From positions 793,482 to 857,481 of the forward strand of contig NMRA01000128.1 of assembly GCA_002633005.1 (NCBI GenBank): a stretch of DNA of 64,000 nucleotides, written 5' to 3'. Of the stretch, positions 1 through 12,300 are shown one piece after another; position 1 is the stretch's first letter; every line of letters begins with the position of its first letter. This DNA is from Phoronis australis. Taxonomy: Eukaryota > Animalia > Phoronida. The position numbers and the translations under genes are program-made. Below the pieces are notes generated by a model. The model was given only the letters and a program-made list of their open reading frames with translations. It was not told where the DNA came from and made no database searches.

Positions 1-706
1 TCAAGTTATCAAAACATTACACAATATTAAAAGTTATATTGAAAACAATATTGACAGGTCAGAAATGGCCAACTTTTAAGTTATATAAAATAAGAATGAA
101 GCAGTTTATTAAAGATCCATGCAATGCCATCTTTAAAAAATGTTGACTTGGTTCATATTTTGGGGTGGGGCCCTTTGTTTCATGTTTAATATGGAGAGTT
201 ACCTCTCTTAACTACACATGATAAAAGACTGGTCAAATGGAGTTACTGATTTCCTCAACAGGAAGACAAGTGGCTGCCATCAGTAATCTCTATTTCTCTA
301 ATGTAGTTTACCATTTGGCGTTGACCTAATTATGCTCCATTTCCACCATAACCACAGGAAACAACAAGTGTTTACTATGAGTTGTTTCACGACTCGATTT
401 TCAGTGAGGATCAGAAAATTAAATCAAAATAATCGATACTCGCCATTGTGTGAAATGGGTATCCCAATGTAATAGTCCTATTACACAAACAGCCTTCGTT
501 ATAACTGCATTACATTCGAGAGTCATCAATGCATTCTCAAGACAGCTGCATTATGAATTTCAATCACTAAATAACAAATGAAAACAAATTCATAAACCAT
601 TTAACACACAACTGATCTAAAAATCAACACTCACTTATGTTTCAGAATGAAAAGTGCTACACTAATCATTTAGTGCTAAAAGCTCATATTAATGATAGAC
701 ACTTAC

Positions 707-3700
707 TGAAGTTGACTCTTTGGGTTTCGGTATTCCCAAGATTTCGTAGGCGTACAGACTCTCTTCCAGGGTTCTGTCATAACTGATGCTGATGGGTATC
801 ACCATGATGTCTGGCACGTGGCCCTTAAAGTACGGCTCCAGTGCACAGCGCAACATGCCTACATAGGGAATTAATAATGACTTTACATTTCTGCAGAAAA
901 GAAATTGTCAATAATTCTAAAGAATTTCTACTTGCCAATATATTTGGAGACATACAGTACATGGACACAGGCAAAAATTAAAACTTTTTCATTTTTAACT
1001 TGTTCTCATAGGGTATTGTTTAGAAAATATGCAGTAATTCTGTAATAAATTTGCACAAAAAAATAACTTTCAGCTTGATTTTTCGAATTCATCCTGACTT
1101 CATAATGAAAAATACCAAGTACTTTTAGTCCTGGTGACAATCAAGTTGATTTTTTTATGCTCACTTCTGTTGCGAAACTTAAAAGAAAATCAAAACTTGC
1201 ACTTTTCCGCCAATTTTTTAGCTAAATAGGCGAAGAATAAAAGAGCCAAGACAGTGTTCTCCACAACTTGTTTCAATGTATCGCTACGACCTGTTTGTCA
1301 CAACTTGAGTTATATTTGAATGACCCATGACCTGTTTGACAAAATAGTGACTAGTTTGGAAAAAGGCAACCCCATTGCTAACAATGTACCAACAATGGAC
1401 TACAGCCCATTGAAACTGAATAAAGGCAAATTAATGGGTAACAAGGCGAGTGAAGGCCAATTAATGGATAACAAGGCAGGTGAGTGGGGACCAATTAAAG
1501 GATCACAAGGCAGGTGAGTGGGGGCCAATTAAAGGGTGACAAGTCAGGTTAATGAAGGCCAATTAGTGGATGACAAGGGAAGTTAAAGTGCACTTAAGAT
1601 AGCGCAGCTGCAAGTACATCTGCACTAATAGAGTACGTCAGTCACCATGCATTTCCAGCACATTGGGGTTTTTTGTTGTGTGGAACACTGGAAGGGTAAT
1701 TTACATTTACTAATAAATGATCAATGGAAAGTGCAGTATTGGTAATCTAGAAAACCTGACATTAGCTGTCATTACCTATTTTTGGGTGGTATGTCTTGTT
1801 GGTTCTACTGCGTGTGCCCTCGATGTAGAACTCAACAGGGTAGTCTCCATTCACTATCTGTGTCTGTACGTACTCTGTGAACACTGCCCAATACAACTGG
1901 TCACTCCCAAAGGACCGACGAATGTAAAAAGCCCCGGAATGCCGTAGTAACCAACCCATGCCTTTCATTCCCATGAAATCTGCAATAAACAATATTGTGT
2001 TCAGTCTAGTCATCTCTTGATTCTCTGAAGGAGGACATTCAGCCAGATCAACATTTAATGCTCTAAAGAAAAACATTCACATTCATTAGTTTTGTGGGAG
2101 ATTACGCCAAACAGTTTTTAGCCAAGTCTAACCAACATGCGTAGCTCTGGAGACATTTTTAGTTTGTCTTCGCAAGGATATGCAACAAACAGCATTTCAA
2201 GTATGGCTTGAATAACGCTCGCTGCCCAAAGCGAAAAAGCCATATCCACTAAGTTTTGTGGAGCTCAATGCAGGGACTAGTCAGTTAAATTTTCAGTGAA
2301 ACCTATGCAAGTCATGAGGTGGGAGCTTTCTTCCTAAGATACAGAATGGATGCTGACTAGTTTAATTGCCAACTTCCCAAAACATATCTGACATTAAACT
2401 GCCACCAACAATATTAAGCTTAACCACTTAATATACTTTATCAAATTATTGAAAATTTCATATAAAACTGCGAATATCCTACAGTATCACTCACCCATTG
2501 CGGCGGCGATGACTGGCAAGGGTAAGTCATAGTGATACATCACATAGGAGACCAGTAGAAAGTCTGCATAACTTCTGTGGCTGGGCATCAATAGGACAGG
2601 ATATTCTTGGATCAATGAGCGCAACTGTAGGAAAGACAACAAGGGAACAGGTGTATTGTGGACAACTAGAGATAACCTGCACAGGTGTTTACTATGATCA
2701 TAATGTCCGTACATCTTTGTATCAACCGAAGGTAAACATTGGCACAAAAGCAAGCATTCTCAAGATGATTTATGAGCGTGTGGGCCACAATGCTCAAATT
2801 TCAAGCCCTTCAAATTTTGATGGTCATATGAATTGTTAATAAACAGTGTTGTTAAAAGGCTTAAACCTACAAAATGTCAAGTTTCATTTTCCAGTCTGGT
2901 GCCCACTGCGGTCTAAATCTTATCATTTTTATATAATTTCAATATAAGCAATACCTATGACCTAATTATTAAAACAATTCAACCAAAAACTCAAAACTCG
3001 ATGATTTCCCTTCAGTACCTGAGTTGATTGTCATCATTACGTAGTTCCCATCACCCTCAACGCTGAAACCCATACGCCCAAGGTAGCTTTGGAACAATGC
3101 TATATAAACATTCAGTTTTAATCGGTGATGGATAAAAATGGGAGAAACAAAATCTGGCAAATATTTATATCACTAAAAACTACAGATCAAGTTTGAGTCT
3201 AATACTGGAACAAAAACTTACAAAAACTAGCGACATTGCGTTCGCATCTCATGGACTTCAGCTTGGCTTGTGACGTTATCGTTATTCTGGCCAGAAGGGG
3301 TGTAAAGGAAGCTCTCCATGAGCGCATTGAGAGTCTCTCTTTAAATAAAAGAGGTGGTTTAAGATTTGATTTGTCACACGTATGGAATGGTGTTCTGACG
3401 TCAATGCCGCGCTGTCTGGTCAAAACGCCACCAATTGGCCAGAATAACGGTAACGTCACAAGACAAGCTGAAGTCCATGAGATGCGGACGCAATGTCGCT
3501 TTAGCCTAATTTTTGTAACTTTTTATTCCATCATTAGACTCAAACTTGATCTGTTTTCTCAACTGGATGTCTCAAAATTTTCATGCTTTTACTAAAAACT
3601 ACACTTAAGAGTTAAAATGGCCACTGAACTATTGCTAAGAAGTTACAGATTAGAGCTGTATATAACTTCACAAAATCTAATTCAGACTTTTGGTAAGCAT

Positions 3701-4982
3701 GTAAATAAAAAGGCAAAAACAGAATAAAACAAACATTTTGAGTGTTGTGGAATAGTGTTTGGGATATTCGATTTTCAAAACTTTAAACAGTCGTAGCTTG
3801 GCTATTTTTATCTCGGTAGCCTATTGTGTCTCTTTTTACCACCACATCTTAAATAAATACCTTCCTTACTAGATTCCGCATTTTAATAACCTCAAAATAA
3901 ATTACAGGAACGACCTACCTTGTTAATGCCTTCTTCATTGACATACAACCGTCTAAACAGTGTCTTGATAGTCTTTGTAAGAGGGTAAGCAAATGCCCGG
4001 ATAGCCTTCATGCTCTGTTCATGCGCCATTTCATCCAGAATTGAACGAACTTCAAGCCAAACATCAGACTCTGGCAGACCCTGATCCTTCGCAACCTTCA
4101 AAAGTTGTAATGAATTCATGAATTATCATTTAACGTGCAATTTAATATTGTTTATCAAAAATACATTGAATTGCGATTTGACTGACGTTTCATTGTAACA
4201 GGACAGGGTCTTTTTTAACCAAACTTTTAAAATATGCACTAGGTTAGCACATGTGAAAGTATTAAGTGACCCCACTGACAAATGAGTGTTGACAAGGTAC
4301 CACCATGAAAGGGAAATAATTTGCATATCAATCATTCAACTAAAATTATACAAAACACAGAATTGGACGCAATTTACTCTTGAATTATTTGCATCAATTT
4401 TTATGCTGGATTTTGCCAATTCAAATGATTGAGGAAAATCCAATAAAGACATTGGTACAAAAAGGCAGTCAATTATAACATTCTTCAAGCTCCCAACCAC
4501 AAAGCGATCTCTTAAAGTCAATAGATCAACTTGGCCCTTTCCTACGTATAACGAATACAAAAAATTGAAGCATTTACCACTTCTGAATACACACAAAAGA
4601 CTGCAGCTCAAAACACATATTAATCAAAAACCAATAACCAACTAAAAACCAAATCTGATGTTTAAATGACAACAGTACTTCTAACCAGTAAAGACTGCAT
4701 AATTTCATATCTATAACATTTTGATCTCTTAGACTGCCCGTTCAACTGTGTGCTTGACGCGATCACTGTTAAGACTAACCTGTTCAACTGTGTACTTGAC
4801 ACGATCACTGTTAAATACATGTTCCTTTATTTCCCCAGGGGTTCTCTGAATATTGTACTTATACTGGGGTATGTCTCTACTTCTGGTCACGAACCGCAGA
4901 TCACTGGTTGAACGACGTTCATGCAGAATGTCTTCAAAGCCATCTTTGTACTGTCCCATTGCATTTTGACTAAGGGGATCAT
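707..4982 (-). CDS. GNPAT: Dihydroxyacetone-phosphate acyltransferase (GNPAT/DHAPAT), 5' part; the gene continues beyond the left edge
   Basis: Phase-consistent GT-AG exons on the minus strand: 4982-4780, 4095-3919, 2624-2495, 1979-1776, 858-707. The translation has FEDILHERR, acyltransferase motif [26 protein letters not shown] and [30 protein letters not shown], all typical of animal GNPAT. Confidence 0.95.
1422..1582. repeat. Minisatellite, about 5 units of 30-34 bp
   Basis: Repeats of aaggccaattaatggataacaaggc(aggtg)agtg in a GNPAT intron. They explain the repetitive ORF 1320-1517. Confidence 0.85.
3180..3555. mobile_element. Foldback MITE with ~110-bp inverted arms
   Basis: cagatcaagtttgagtctaat...gcgacattgcgttcgcatctcatggacttcagctt...attctggcca is mirrored at 3435-3553. 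Confidence 0.8.
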
Positions 4983-5704
4983 CTGAAATAGAGATTTACA
5001 ATGACATGTTTCAAACATATTCATTTGAATCAATAAGATAAGAATTTTAACTGGACTGTTAGATGTGACATTGGCAGTTGTTTCCTTCTCATAGATACTC
5101 CGAGGTGGTGTTTGTTGAGCTGCGCCTGCTTGCGCTACCTAAAAGTGGCAACATCCTTGTGTGCTTATGAATGTTATCTGCGATCTGGCTATTGAAGAAG
5201 ATGTGGTGAATAACGCAGGAATTCAGTTTATTTTGTGAGAGTGTGCGAACATGCCTTCGTTTATCTTGGTTGCCTATGCACAGTCAGTTAAGTCTAAAGA
5301 GTGGACACGTTGCAGTGTCTCTGCTTTCCTTGACAAGGACTCAGTAGTTGCAAGAGTTTATACTTTGTATCCAGTACCACTCATTTGTTACCAGTGTCAA
5401 ACTACAAATCCGTACTCTTGTTTTGGACACATCATTAAAAGGCGACTCAACCCGAGGCAAAGGGTATGGAGAGCATAAGCAAACCAATTTAGAAAGCACC
5501 ACAATCAGCAACCCAAGGTCAGAATCTACGAAATTCGCAGTCTCCAATTACTTTAACGTGCTGCTATGTTGTGTCAGGAGTAGGCTGATACTATTTGCTA
5601 ATATATTTGCGACTTTTTTGGGAGATGACGACAGCTTCATCGCAGTAAAACTTGCTTTGAAACTTGGTATGCTCATATTAAAATAATAAAAACGTATTAC
5701 GAAG

Positions 5705-7000
5705 TGAAACCAGTTCCGATAATTTGTTGTAACATGTATGCAATCTCGTGGAAGAACAGTTGATGGAAGAATCAGCAAAAAAGAAAATGGCCAACAGGTG
5801 AAGCTATATTTCATGGCGCTGAGTCCCAACATATAAGAACGCTCCACAACTACAGAAGCAATAGGCCAGCAAGGACTTGGACTACTACCCCAACCAAGGT
5901 GGGGGTCTTCAAGCATGAGGGAGAAGTGAGGAATGGTTTGAAAGCAACTAAGAACTATGGAGAAGGGGACAGAATGAATCATGAAAACATCAGGAATGAA
6001 ACAGCAGGGCAGTTGGCTCAACTGACAAAAAGCTAAGCAGAGAAGTCTCAAATGGCAGGAAATCTGGTCAATGCAGGAAGTTAGGCTGAAGTTTCTGCTG
6101 AGATCTGTGTACAACCTACTACCAAACCCAACAAATCTGTGTACATGGGGTCTCATAAAGGATCCCTCGTGGATTGTGCAAAGCACCAGGAAATGTGGAA
6201 CATGTATTGTCGTCATGTTTAGTGGCTCCTGCAGGAGGGTGGTGCACTTCGAGACACGACAAGGTCTTGGGAATGGTAGGATAATACTTAGAGAAGGAGC
6301 TGAAGAAGGACCGGAGGGTGACAAGGGGCCCACTGGTTTCGTATGTGAAGGAGGGGACAACGGAAAACGACAACATGAGAGAAGCCGTCTTTTGAATACA
6401 ACAGGGGACTGGAAGTTAACGGTGGATCTACATAAGTGACTGGTTTTTCTATCGGAAGTAGTCGAGACCAACCTTTGTCCAGACATAGCAATGTGGTCAA
6501 GACTAACCAAGCAAGTGTTACTGCTAGAGTTGACTGTGTGTCGTGGGAGGATTGTATGGAAGATGTCCACAAGAAGAAGGGGGATAAATATCAAGAGCTG
6601 GTTGAAAAAAGTGACAGAATAATGGTTGGAAAGTGTGGTGTTTCCCTTGGAAGTTGAATGGAGAGGCTTCGTCGGCCAATCTGTCTGGTGGGCGCTACAT
6701 ATGCTGAGTATAACAGGGAGAGAGAGGAATAGAGTGGTGGGTGACATGGGTTACCAGGCTGAAAGAGCATCACAGTGGTTGTGGAGAATTAAGAACGCTA
6801 CAAGGGGAAAGGAAAGCTCTGGCATCCCTAAAGCTGCTAGAGGGAATTAGATGAGATGCAGATGCCAATACAGTCCTGGGCCAAGAATGATCATTTCGGT
6901 TAGCGCAACTCTGGAGGCTGTTGTGGACAGCACCGAAACTGTCACAGGACTTCCACCTGATGACAAGAGTGGCATTGTTACACCATACGTTTGCAGGTAA
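5705..7000 (+). mobile_element. Degenerate 3' end of a non-LTR retrotransposon with restriction-like endonuclease (HERO/NeSL-type)
   Basis: Frameshifted motifs: LKFLLRSVYNLLPNPTNLCTWG, DWKLTVDL, ELTVSWE, KYQEL, PLEVxxRGF, AERASQWLW. Confidence 0.75.
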
Positions 7001-7162
7001 GTTATAATTATAACTCAATGTGTACATGCACGTTTCATTTGATGTTATTCATTGTATTTTGAGATGAGCAACATTTTACAGGGGTGTACTATTGCCTATG
7101 TATGCCTGCCATTAGCCATGATGCAAAGCTGTGTATGATGTGGAAAAAATCTAACTAAATAA

Positions 7163-8440
7163 TATCTGACACAAAATTAGTGTCATTAAAACCTACATTG
7201 TTCCATGAGTAAACTTAAATTATTTGCCGGTGTTTGAAAATTGGCGTTCAACCATTATTCTGGTGCTAAAATTGTGGTGCGATCTTTGTGTCGGCTTTCG
7301 GAACTGTGAAATAGTGCGTCATCTATTGGCCAGTTTCTTTTTTCCCCGATTTTTCTATAAACTGTTCTTCTCTTCCACGAGGTTGCGTTCATGTCACAAC
7401 AAATTACTGGAACTGGTCTTGACAAATTTTAAGAATATGAAACTGAATTTCAGCTATAATTTTGCTGCTGCGAAGCTGTCATCATCTCCCGAAAGTTATC
7501 AAAAATGTTAGGAAATGGCTCATGCACGTGTCAGGAGCATACTGTTTTCAAAATGACGACAGACGTTTTTGTTACAAAAGGCAGAGAATTAAAAAAGAAA
7601 ATGTTTTGTTTTTCACTTAAACTGTTGTATCGGGCAGGGTGAGTGTCCGTTGACTCCCGGATTTTGCATGCACCCCCACAGATCATTAGCTCTAGATGTT
7701 CATATAAGTTTCACGACTAGGCCGGTGACTCACGAAGCTCAACACACAGTGGTATCTGGCTGAATTTTGACTGTAAGTCTTCAATGACTTCATACACTAG
7801 CTGGTAGCCTTCATTACCGATGTGGGTAAAAAGTGGTAAGATAAAATCTGACACAAAATTAGTGTCATTAAAAAATACAGTCTTCCCTGAGTAAACAAAA
7901 TTACTTAACGGTGTTCGAAAAAATGGCATTCTACCGTTATCCTGCAGCTAAAGTTGTGGAGCGATCTTTAGCGATGGCTTTCAGCACCATGAAATATTAC
8001 GTCACCTATTGGCCAGTTTATTTTTTCGTCGATTCTTCAATCAACTGTTGTTCCCCCAGGCTTTCATGAGCTTCTGTACACGTCACAACAAATTACTGGA
8101 ACTGGTGTAGCTCAGAGGTGAGAACACTAAACTGGCAATCTTAAGAGACCTGTGGTTCGATTCCCTGTTGGGGTTCCTGATTTTTCTGCGTTTATTTGAT
8201 ATATTTCATTACTAGCCAACCTCAGCGTCTCTATATTTACTATAAGTTTTTAGAATTTCAGAACGGCAAATATTGCTGCTGTGAAGTTGTCGCAAAAATT
8301 TAGGAAATGGCGTGTGCGCGTGACACGCATACCGTTTTCAAAACGACGACATACTTTTCATTGTTCGAAAAGGTAGAGTTACGCAAGAAAATGAGGTTTA
8401 TTCACTTAAATGACTGTAACAGGCAAGGTGAGTGTCGGCA
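7163..8440. repeat. Two diverged direct copies of a ~480-600 bp element (7163-7650 and 7846-8440); copy 2 has a tRNA-like insert
   Basis: Shared blocks: atctgacacaaaattagtgtcattaaaa, ctattggccagtt, gtcacaacaaattactggaactgg, gttttcaaaa.gacgac, ggtgagtgtc. Confidence 0.75.
8104..8185 (+). other. tRNA-derived Pol III head (A/B box) inside a repeat; not a canonical tRNA
   Basis: A box TAGCTCAGAGG, B box GGTTCGATTCC, then a T-run. The stems are imperfect. Confidence 0.55.
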
Positions 8441-8905
8441 GATTTTGAATGCATCCCACCCGGTCTTTAACTATACATGTTGATACAAGTTTCTCGGTGA
8501 GGTGACGAGCAGAACTACCCTGGCTGTGTGCAATTTCGTGGTCTACGGAAGAAATACACCCAGTGGTACCTAGCTGTATTTTGTCGATAGTATTCATACA
8601 GCTAGTAGCTCCATGGCTGTCTAGCTAGCTGGCTGGCTAGCCTGCATACAGGCAGCCTAGCTGGATGGCTTTGTAATGAGTTGCACTGAACACAGGAACG
8701 GCGACTGTTGTGACTGTTTTGGTAAACTAAGGTTTCACATTGGATCAATGCCAATGGCAATGCCTGGTGAAAGGCTCAAGACAAGACAAACCGGGGCTCA
8801 AGCCATTCAAAGTTCAAAGCCGGCGAATTGGATTAGTAGCCTTACGTCTGATTGCCTGAATGAAAATCTCAAGGTCAAATTAGGCCACCCCAAACCTGGC
8901 TTTAC

Positions 8906-9065
8906 CTTCTTTAATCCAAGAATTTCTGGATTGATCTTCATTATGCCCTTTCATTTTATAATATCGAGTCGTGCAAGAGAACCACCTGAATCGCCGGTCA
9001 AGCCCTCGCAAGGCACTTATTAGAGCGTGATTGGAGAACAAGAATCGCACCACCTTAGGCGCCAT
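8906..9065 (-). CDS. GNPAT: Probable GNPAT coding exon 1 encoding a presequence-like N-terminal extension
   Basis: ATG at 9065 and donor AG|GTAAAG after 8906. The 160-nt exon ends in phase 1 and joins in frame to the phase-1 acceptor at 4982 (G+AT = Asp). Peptide: MAPKVVRFLFSNHALISALRGLDRRFRWFSCTTRYYKMKGHNEDQSRNSWIKE. Confidence 0.65.
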
Positions 9066-9350
9066 CTCCCAGCAACAGAAAACACTACGACGGTATCGAA
9101 TGTTCCGTGTAATTCATACTTTTGTGAGATTAAATTACGATTGAATTAGTTTTTTTCTGTGTTTTATTTACGAATATGTGGCACTATCAATTTTTAGTTG
9201 AACATTGTAGAAAAAAAAGTTACGATACCGTAGGTGTGTTGTTTTTGTCGTACATCGCTCGATAACAGAACTATTGCCAGGGCACAAGCAGCGCGAACAT
9301 CAAAACACGTTCTTATTTTGTTTGAAAACTTTGATCCGCACTGAAACAAA
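9066..9350. promoter_or_regulatory. Probable bidirectional promoter between GNPAT and FH
   Basis: Divergent start codons at 9065 (-) and 9351 (+) are separated by 285 bp, in a region relatively rich in CpG. Confidence 0.55.
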
Positions 9351-12300
9351 ATGGTAAGTAAATTCGTAAAAGTTAAATTTGTGAAAGGTTTTTAAATCTA
9401 CACCTGTAAACGGTGATAAACGGTAAATCTGATATTGTTTTTGACAGTTACGAATACGATCACGATCACTGACCCTTCGGACTTCCCAATCTAGGACTAG
9501 GCAACAGCCAGGCAATTACATCGCCGTGGATGCCGCAGACAGGCTTCTTCACTTCAGCTTTTGATCGTCCCCAATACATTATATGTAATACTACAAGGTA
9601 TGACATTCTCAACAAGGAATTCCATGGGTGCTTCACTTCAGCTGTCGATATCAAACACAAAACTCAATAAATTTACACAAAATTAGGCATTAATTCTTAT
9701 TTCTTTCTTCTGTACCATTCACGGTGTCCTTCTTCAGCGTGTTTACAACAAATTCGCGGTCAAAGCACAAAAATGTTTCCAAAAACTCCATGCGTACTTC
9801 GTACTTTGACAGTTCGAGGTCAAAAACGTTACGGAATTATCCGATGAGTTACGCATGGCCGGCAATTGCCTGTTCATGATAGAAGGTTACGAAATGGTCT
9901 GGCTAAGTGTGGAGTTATCGATGTTGTGACTTTCCGTGACAAATGGGCAATTTCCATGCCGTCCTTGACCTGAGACAAACTGTCAAATTACGACGTACTC
10001 ATGGGCTTTTTGGGAACATTTTTGTGCTTTGACCGCGAATTTGTTGCAAACTCGCTGGAGCAAGACACCGTGAATGGTATTAGAAGAAAGAACAATTGCT
10101 AATGGATTGTTGAAACCCTGTTTTGTGTTAATTTATTGAGTTTTGTGTTTGATATGGTCAGCTGAAGTTAAGTACCTGTGGAATTCCTTGTCAAGAGTGT
10201 CATACCTTGTAGTATTAATACCTGTATTAAGGACGATCAGAAGCTGAGGACACCTGTGCAGGCATACAGGGGCGATAGTACCAGGGACTCATCTAGCGGC
10301 CGTCCTGGCCGTCCTTTTGACGGCCCTTTTAAAAAAATGACGGCTTTGGACGGCACGGTCAAGATGGAAAAAAGACGGCCTGTTCCAAAACAACCTCGGC
10401 GAAAATGAAGGCTAAACGAAGAATTTTAATTTTTATTATTAATAAATCTCATTGAAACCTACAATTCATTGTTTAAGTTCGCTAAATATTAAGAAATAAC
10501 TCGACATTAGAAACTTTTGCCGTCTATTTTTACTATAAATGTCACAATGACGATCGGCAAATACTGGCAGCCATCTTTGGGGAATACCTTCCTATTCTGT
10601 GACGTCAAGGTGACTTCATACGGAATCCCCCGCATGACTAGTGTCGAGAAATATTGCATCCAGCGCTAACTACCCTTACATGGACACTTAATCTTTGAAA
10701 TTGAAGAACCCACATCCGAAGTTCAAAGGATTTGCCGTACCCCTAATGCTAGTTGCCGATGCGGAAGTTGAAGCGGCACTCGATATATTCGACGGAGCAG
10801 CCAATTTGAAATAGCCGACGGAGAACGTACACTTCGAAAAAATGATACCCGACAAAATTCTAGCACTGACCTGCCGTACAAATGCCATCAATGTCGTTGA
10901 ACATGCAAACCAGATAAAACTTAGCGCAAACTTCCTTAATTTGTTCGCATTGCTTCGTTGCAACTCGAACGAATGAATGAAAAAATATCAAAAAAATCCA
11001 CACGGCCGAACGACTTATATTGATGCGCGAGAATGCAGTGCAAACTTTACAAGAAAAAATATGGTGTGTAATGTTGGTTACGTATTCAATGAATAACTTA
11101 GCATGAAAATAAATGCCTCGAAATACTTCAACTTATTGTGGAATTCCATGATTATTGGGCGATTCGAGTTTATCCTCTGTGTGTGGCACTGCGTGCCGTA
11201 CATGGAAAAAAGTAGGTCAGCCAGTCACGTGCACAGCACCTGTTACTTCGGCTGTGAACCAGGCTAGGGATTTGACTCTTAAACTGCGAGAAAAGAATGG
11301 TTCTTTTTATGAGAATAAATTTCTTGTCGCGTACTATGAAAGACTGTGATTGACTTTCAACCTGGTAAGTTTCAATTCAACAAAGCGTCCACTTAAAATG
11401 CACTGCAGAAGACGAAGACAACAACGATGTCCCCGGCGACCACTGGCTACGCTCGTAGCCAAATGACGTGAAATTTACGAGTAAAGCGCTCGGAAAAACG
11501 TTTAAGAAACGTAAAAATATGAATGCCAAATTCAAACACGGAGTTTCGGCGTTTTGTTTTTTGGTCACGATCCTTTACGAAGCCAAGTCCTGGTACACGC
11601 GCGAGTGCACATACGCCGTCACTCCTATTTTCCAGCGGAGATTTTCGACCGTGTTGAGCACTGGTGATACTGATTTGTGAATTTGTTGAGGATATGGTCT
11701 TGTTTTTGTAGATTCGTGAATTGCATTACTGTGCGATGTAACAAAACATAGACATGTACTCTAGAATATATTTTTTCATGTCCTTTCGAATGCAACTTCA
11801 TTGTCTTCTCACAATTTTAACTGGTTTCTCAACTGCATTTTACTCTTCTCTTTTGAGAGCTTCAAGATACATTGAGTCCTGTACTCATGCTATGGATTAT
11901 CTGTCTATCATGCAACTCTGCATAGATTATCTTACTAAAAAGATTTACAGATCTACGCATCCTGAGTGGAACAAACCTCCTAATTTTTGTTTAGTTTCCC
12001 TATGTGCCATCTTTTGAACAAGAAAAAGACATCCAAACAGTGTGCTAAATAAAATGCAAGGAAATGACCTTATTTATGTAACAATTTTTTCCTCACCGGG
12101 TGGGGGAATTCCCCCACCTCCCCCCAACTTCCCCCCACCCTTCCAACTCCNTGGACCCCCAATTTTCAAATCCTAGATGAGTCCCTGGATAGTACATCCC
12201 CATAAAAAGTTACGCATTTCAAAATACAGCAAATAAAATCAAATGGCGGTTTTAGGAATGTATTATCTTGAGAATAGACTGTTCTTCGTTAAATGCTGTC

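Noticed and set aside
5548-6747. Longest ORF in the window (399 aa, minus strand)
   Set aside because: It is the antisense shadow of the plus-strand retrotransposon remnant. It has no recognisable domain and lies inside GNPAT intron 1.
6925-6975. GAAAC...CTGATGA arrangement resembling a hammerhead in the retroelement 3' UTR
   Set aside because: No convincing stems I, II or III can be formed.
8104-8175. Functional tRNA genes here and at ~18620, ~20845 and ~56495
   Set aside because: Acceptor and anticodon stems are imperfect and all four sit within repeats.
8906-9065. PTS2 signal in the GNPAT extension
   Set aside because: The spacing does not fit (R/K)(L/V/I)-X5-(H/Q)(L/A).
11519-11650. 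ORF ending QRRFST as an FH presequence exon (44 codons, phase 0)
   Set aside because: It lies inside the hAT element bounded by perfect TIRs and TSD, the donor ACC|GTGTTG is weak, and the composition is a poor fit.
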